From an uncultured bacterium (GTDB lineage Bacteria > Pseudomonadota > Gammaproteobacteria > Burkholderiales > JACQAP01): a stretch of DNA of 64,000 bases. The position numbers and the translations under genes were made by a program. The notes beneath the pieces are model-generated. The model was not told where the DNA came from. It was given only the letters and a program-made list of their open reading frames with translations, and searched no databases. Location of the stretch: NCBI GenBank assembly GCA_965233135.1, contig CBDDRM010000185.1, forward strand, positions 9,290 to 73,289, written 5' to 3'. How positions within the stretch are numbered: position 1 is the stretch's first letter; the number at the start of each line of letters is the position of its first letter. Shown here in pieces: positions 63,873 to 64,000 of this stretch.

Positions 63873-64000
63873 TTAGCTGCCCGATGCGGCGGGCGGCGCA
63901 TCGTCACGGGGGCGCCTGCCGGGGCTGGCCGGTTCGCCGGATGCCGGCGCAGCGCGGTCGCCCGCGCCGAATTCCACCTTCGCGCCTTCGCGTAGCTTGT
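63873..64000 (-). CDS. mdtA: RND adaptor (MdtA-like MFP), 3' end only
   Basis: The minus-strand frame reads ...[41 protein letters not shown], ending 11 nt upstream of the mdtB-like ATG. Only the last ~42 codons are in the window, so the identity is inferred mainly from position. Confidence 0.55.
   Translation of the reverse strand, partial: KLREGAKVEFGAGDRAAPASGEPASPGRRPRDDAPPAASGS

Noticed and set aside
1-64000. Search for CRISPR arrays, IS elements, integrases, prophage genes, toxin-antitoxin pairs, or defence-island hallmarks (nucleases, helicase-methylase sets, TIR/STAND proteins).
   Set aside because: - I could not see any direct-repeat/spacer array, terminal inverted repeats or recombinase-like ORF.
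- The 'phage holin family' label of the YqjE-like gene is a family name, not evidence of a prophage.
- The window appears to be conserved core chromosome.

Overview
This is a GC-rich chromosomal segment with a strong G/C preference at third codon positions. The gene repertoire looks beta/gamma-proteobacterial: parE-parC, cysK, gshA, slyX, ybcJ, selO and an mdtABC-like cluster. I support about 58 protein-coding genes, tightly packed and often linked by ATGA/GTGA stop-start overlaps. I found no rRNA, tRNA, CRISPR array, integrase, transposase or other mobile-element signature, so the window reads as core genome rather than an island.

Main blocks, in order:
- Sel1-repeat protein (5' partial).
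- Enolase-superfamily enzyme, Hyi-family isomerase and a LysR regulator.
- Topoisomerase IV (parE, parC) and cysK.
- An osmoprotectant-type ABC importer with a fused binding-protein/permease.
- NfeD, SPFH protein and an OmpA-like lipoprotein.
- LysR divergent from DUF2917 and a GNAT acetyltransferase.
- A signal-peptide-bearing MsrA, then slyX and ybcJ.
- YdgA-like, Tim44-like and YqjE-like/DUF3618 envelope proteins.
- Histidine phosphatase, NAD(P)HX dehydratase and PssA.
- A TAXI-TRAP transporter and osmC.
- A KaiC-family ATPase coupled to a hybrid histidine kinase.
- Amidase, SDR and aminotransferase, then selO.
- A periplasmic FKBP, gshA, a serine hydrolase and a rhomboid protease.
- A PQQ-type sugar dehydrogenase and an MFS transporter.
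- A long co-directional efflux cluster: mdtA(partial)-mdtB-mdtC-OMF followed by a second MFP-RND pair.

The most noteworthy observations are:
- The KaiC-like ATPase is translationally coupled to a kinase that starts with a degenerate receiver domain, and no KaiA or KaiB is visible in the window.
- A 15-nt perfect match to the 16S rRNA 3' end lies in a 420-bp intergenic region. On the opposite strand it is an exceptionally long Shine-Dalgarno in front of a 27-codon ORF.
- A phased cluster of DnaA-box-like sites, including one perfect TTATCCACA and an inverted partner, sits in an AT-rich 530-bp intergenic region.
- A 49-codon ORF with a good RBS and genome-like codon bias lies divergent from a LysR gene.

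All functional calls rest on motifs I can read in the supplied translations and on recalled family knowledge. No database search was possible, so family names (especially DUF assignments) need profile-search confirmation. I cannot claim that any of these is a truly undescribed system.
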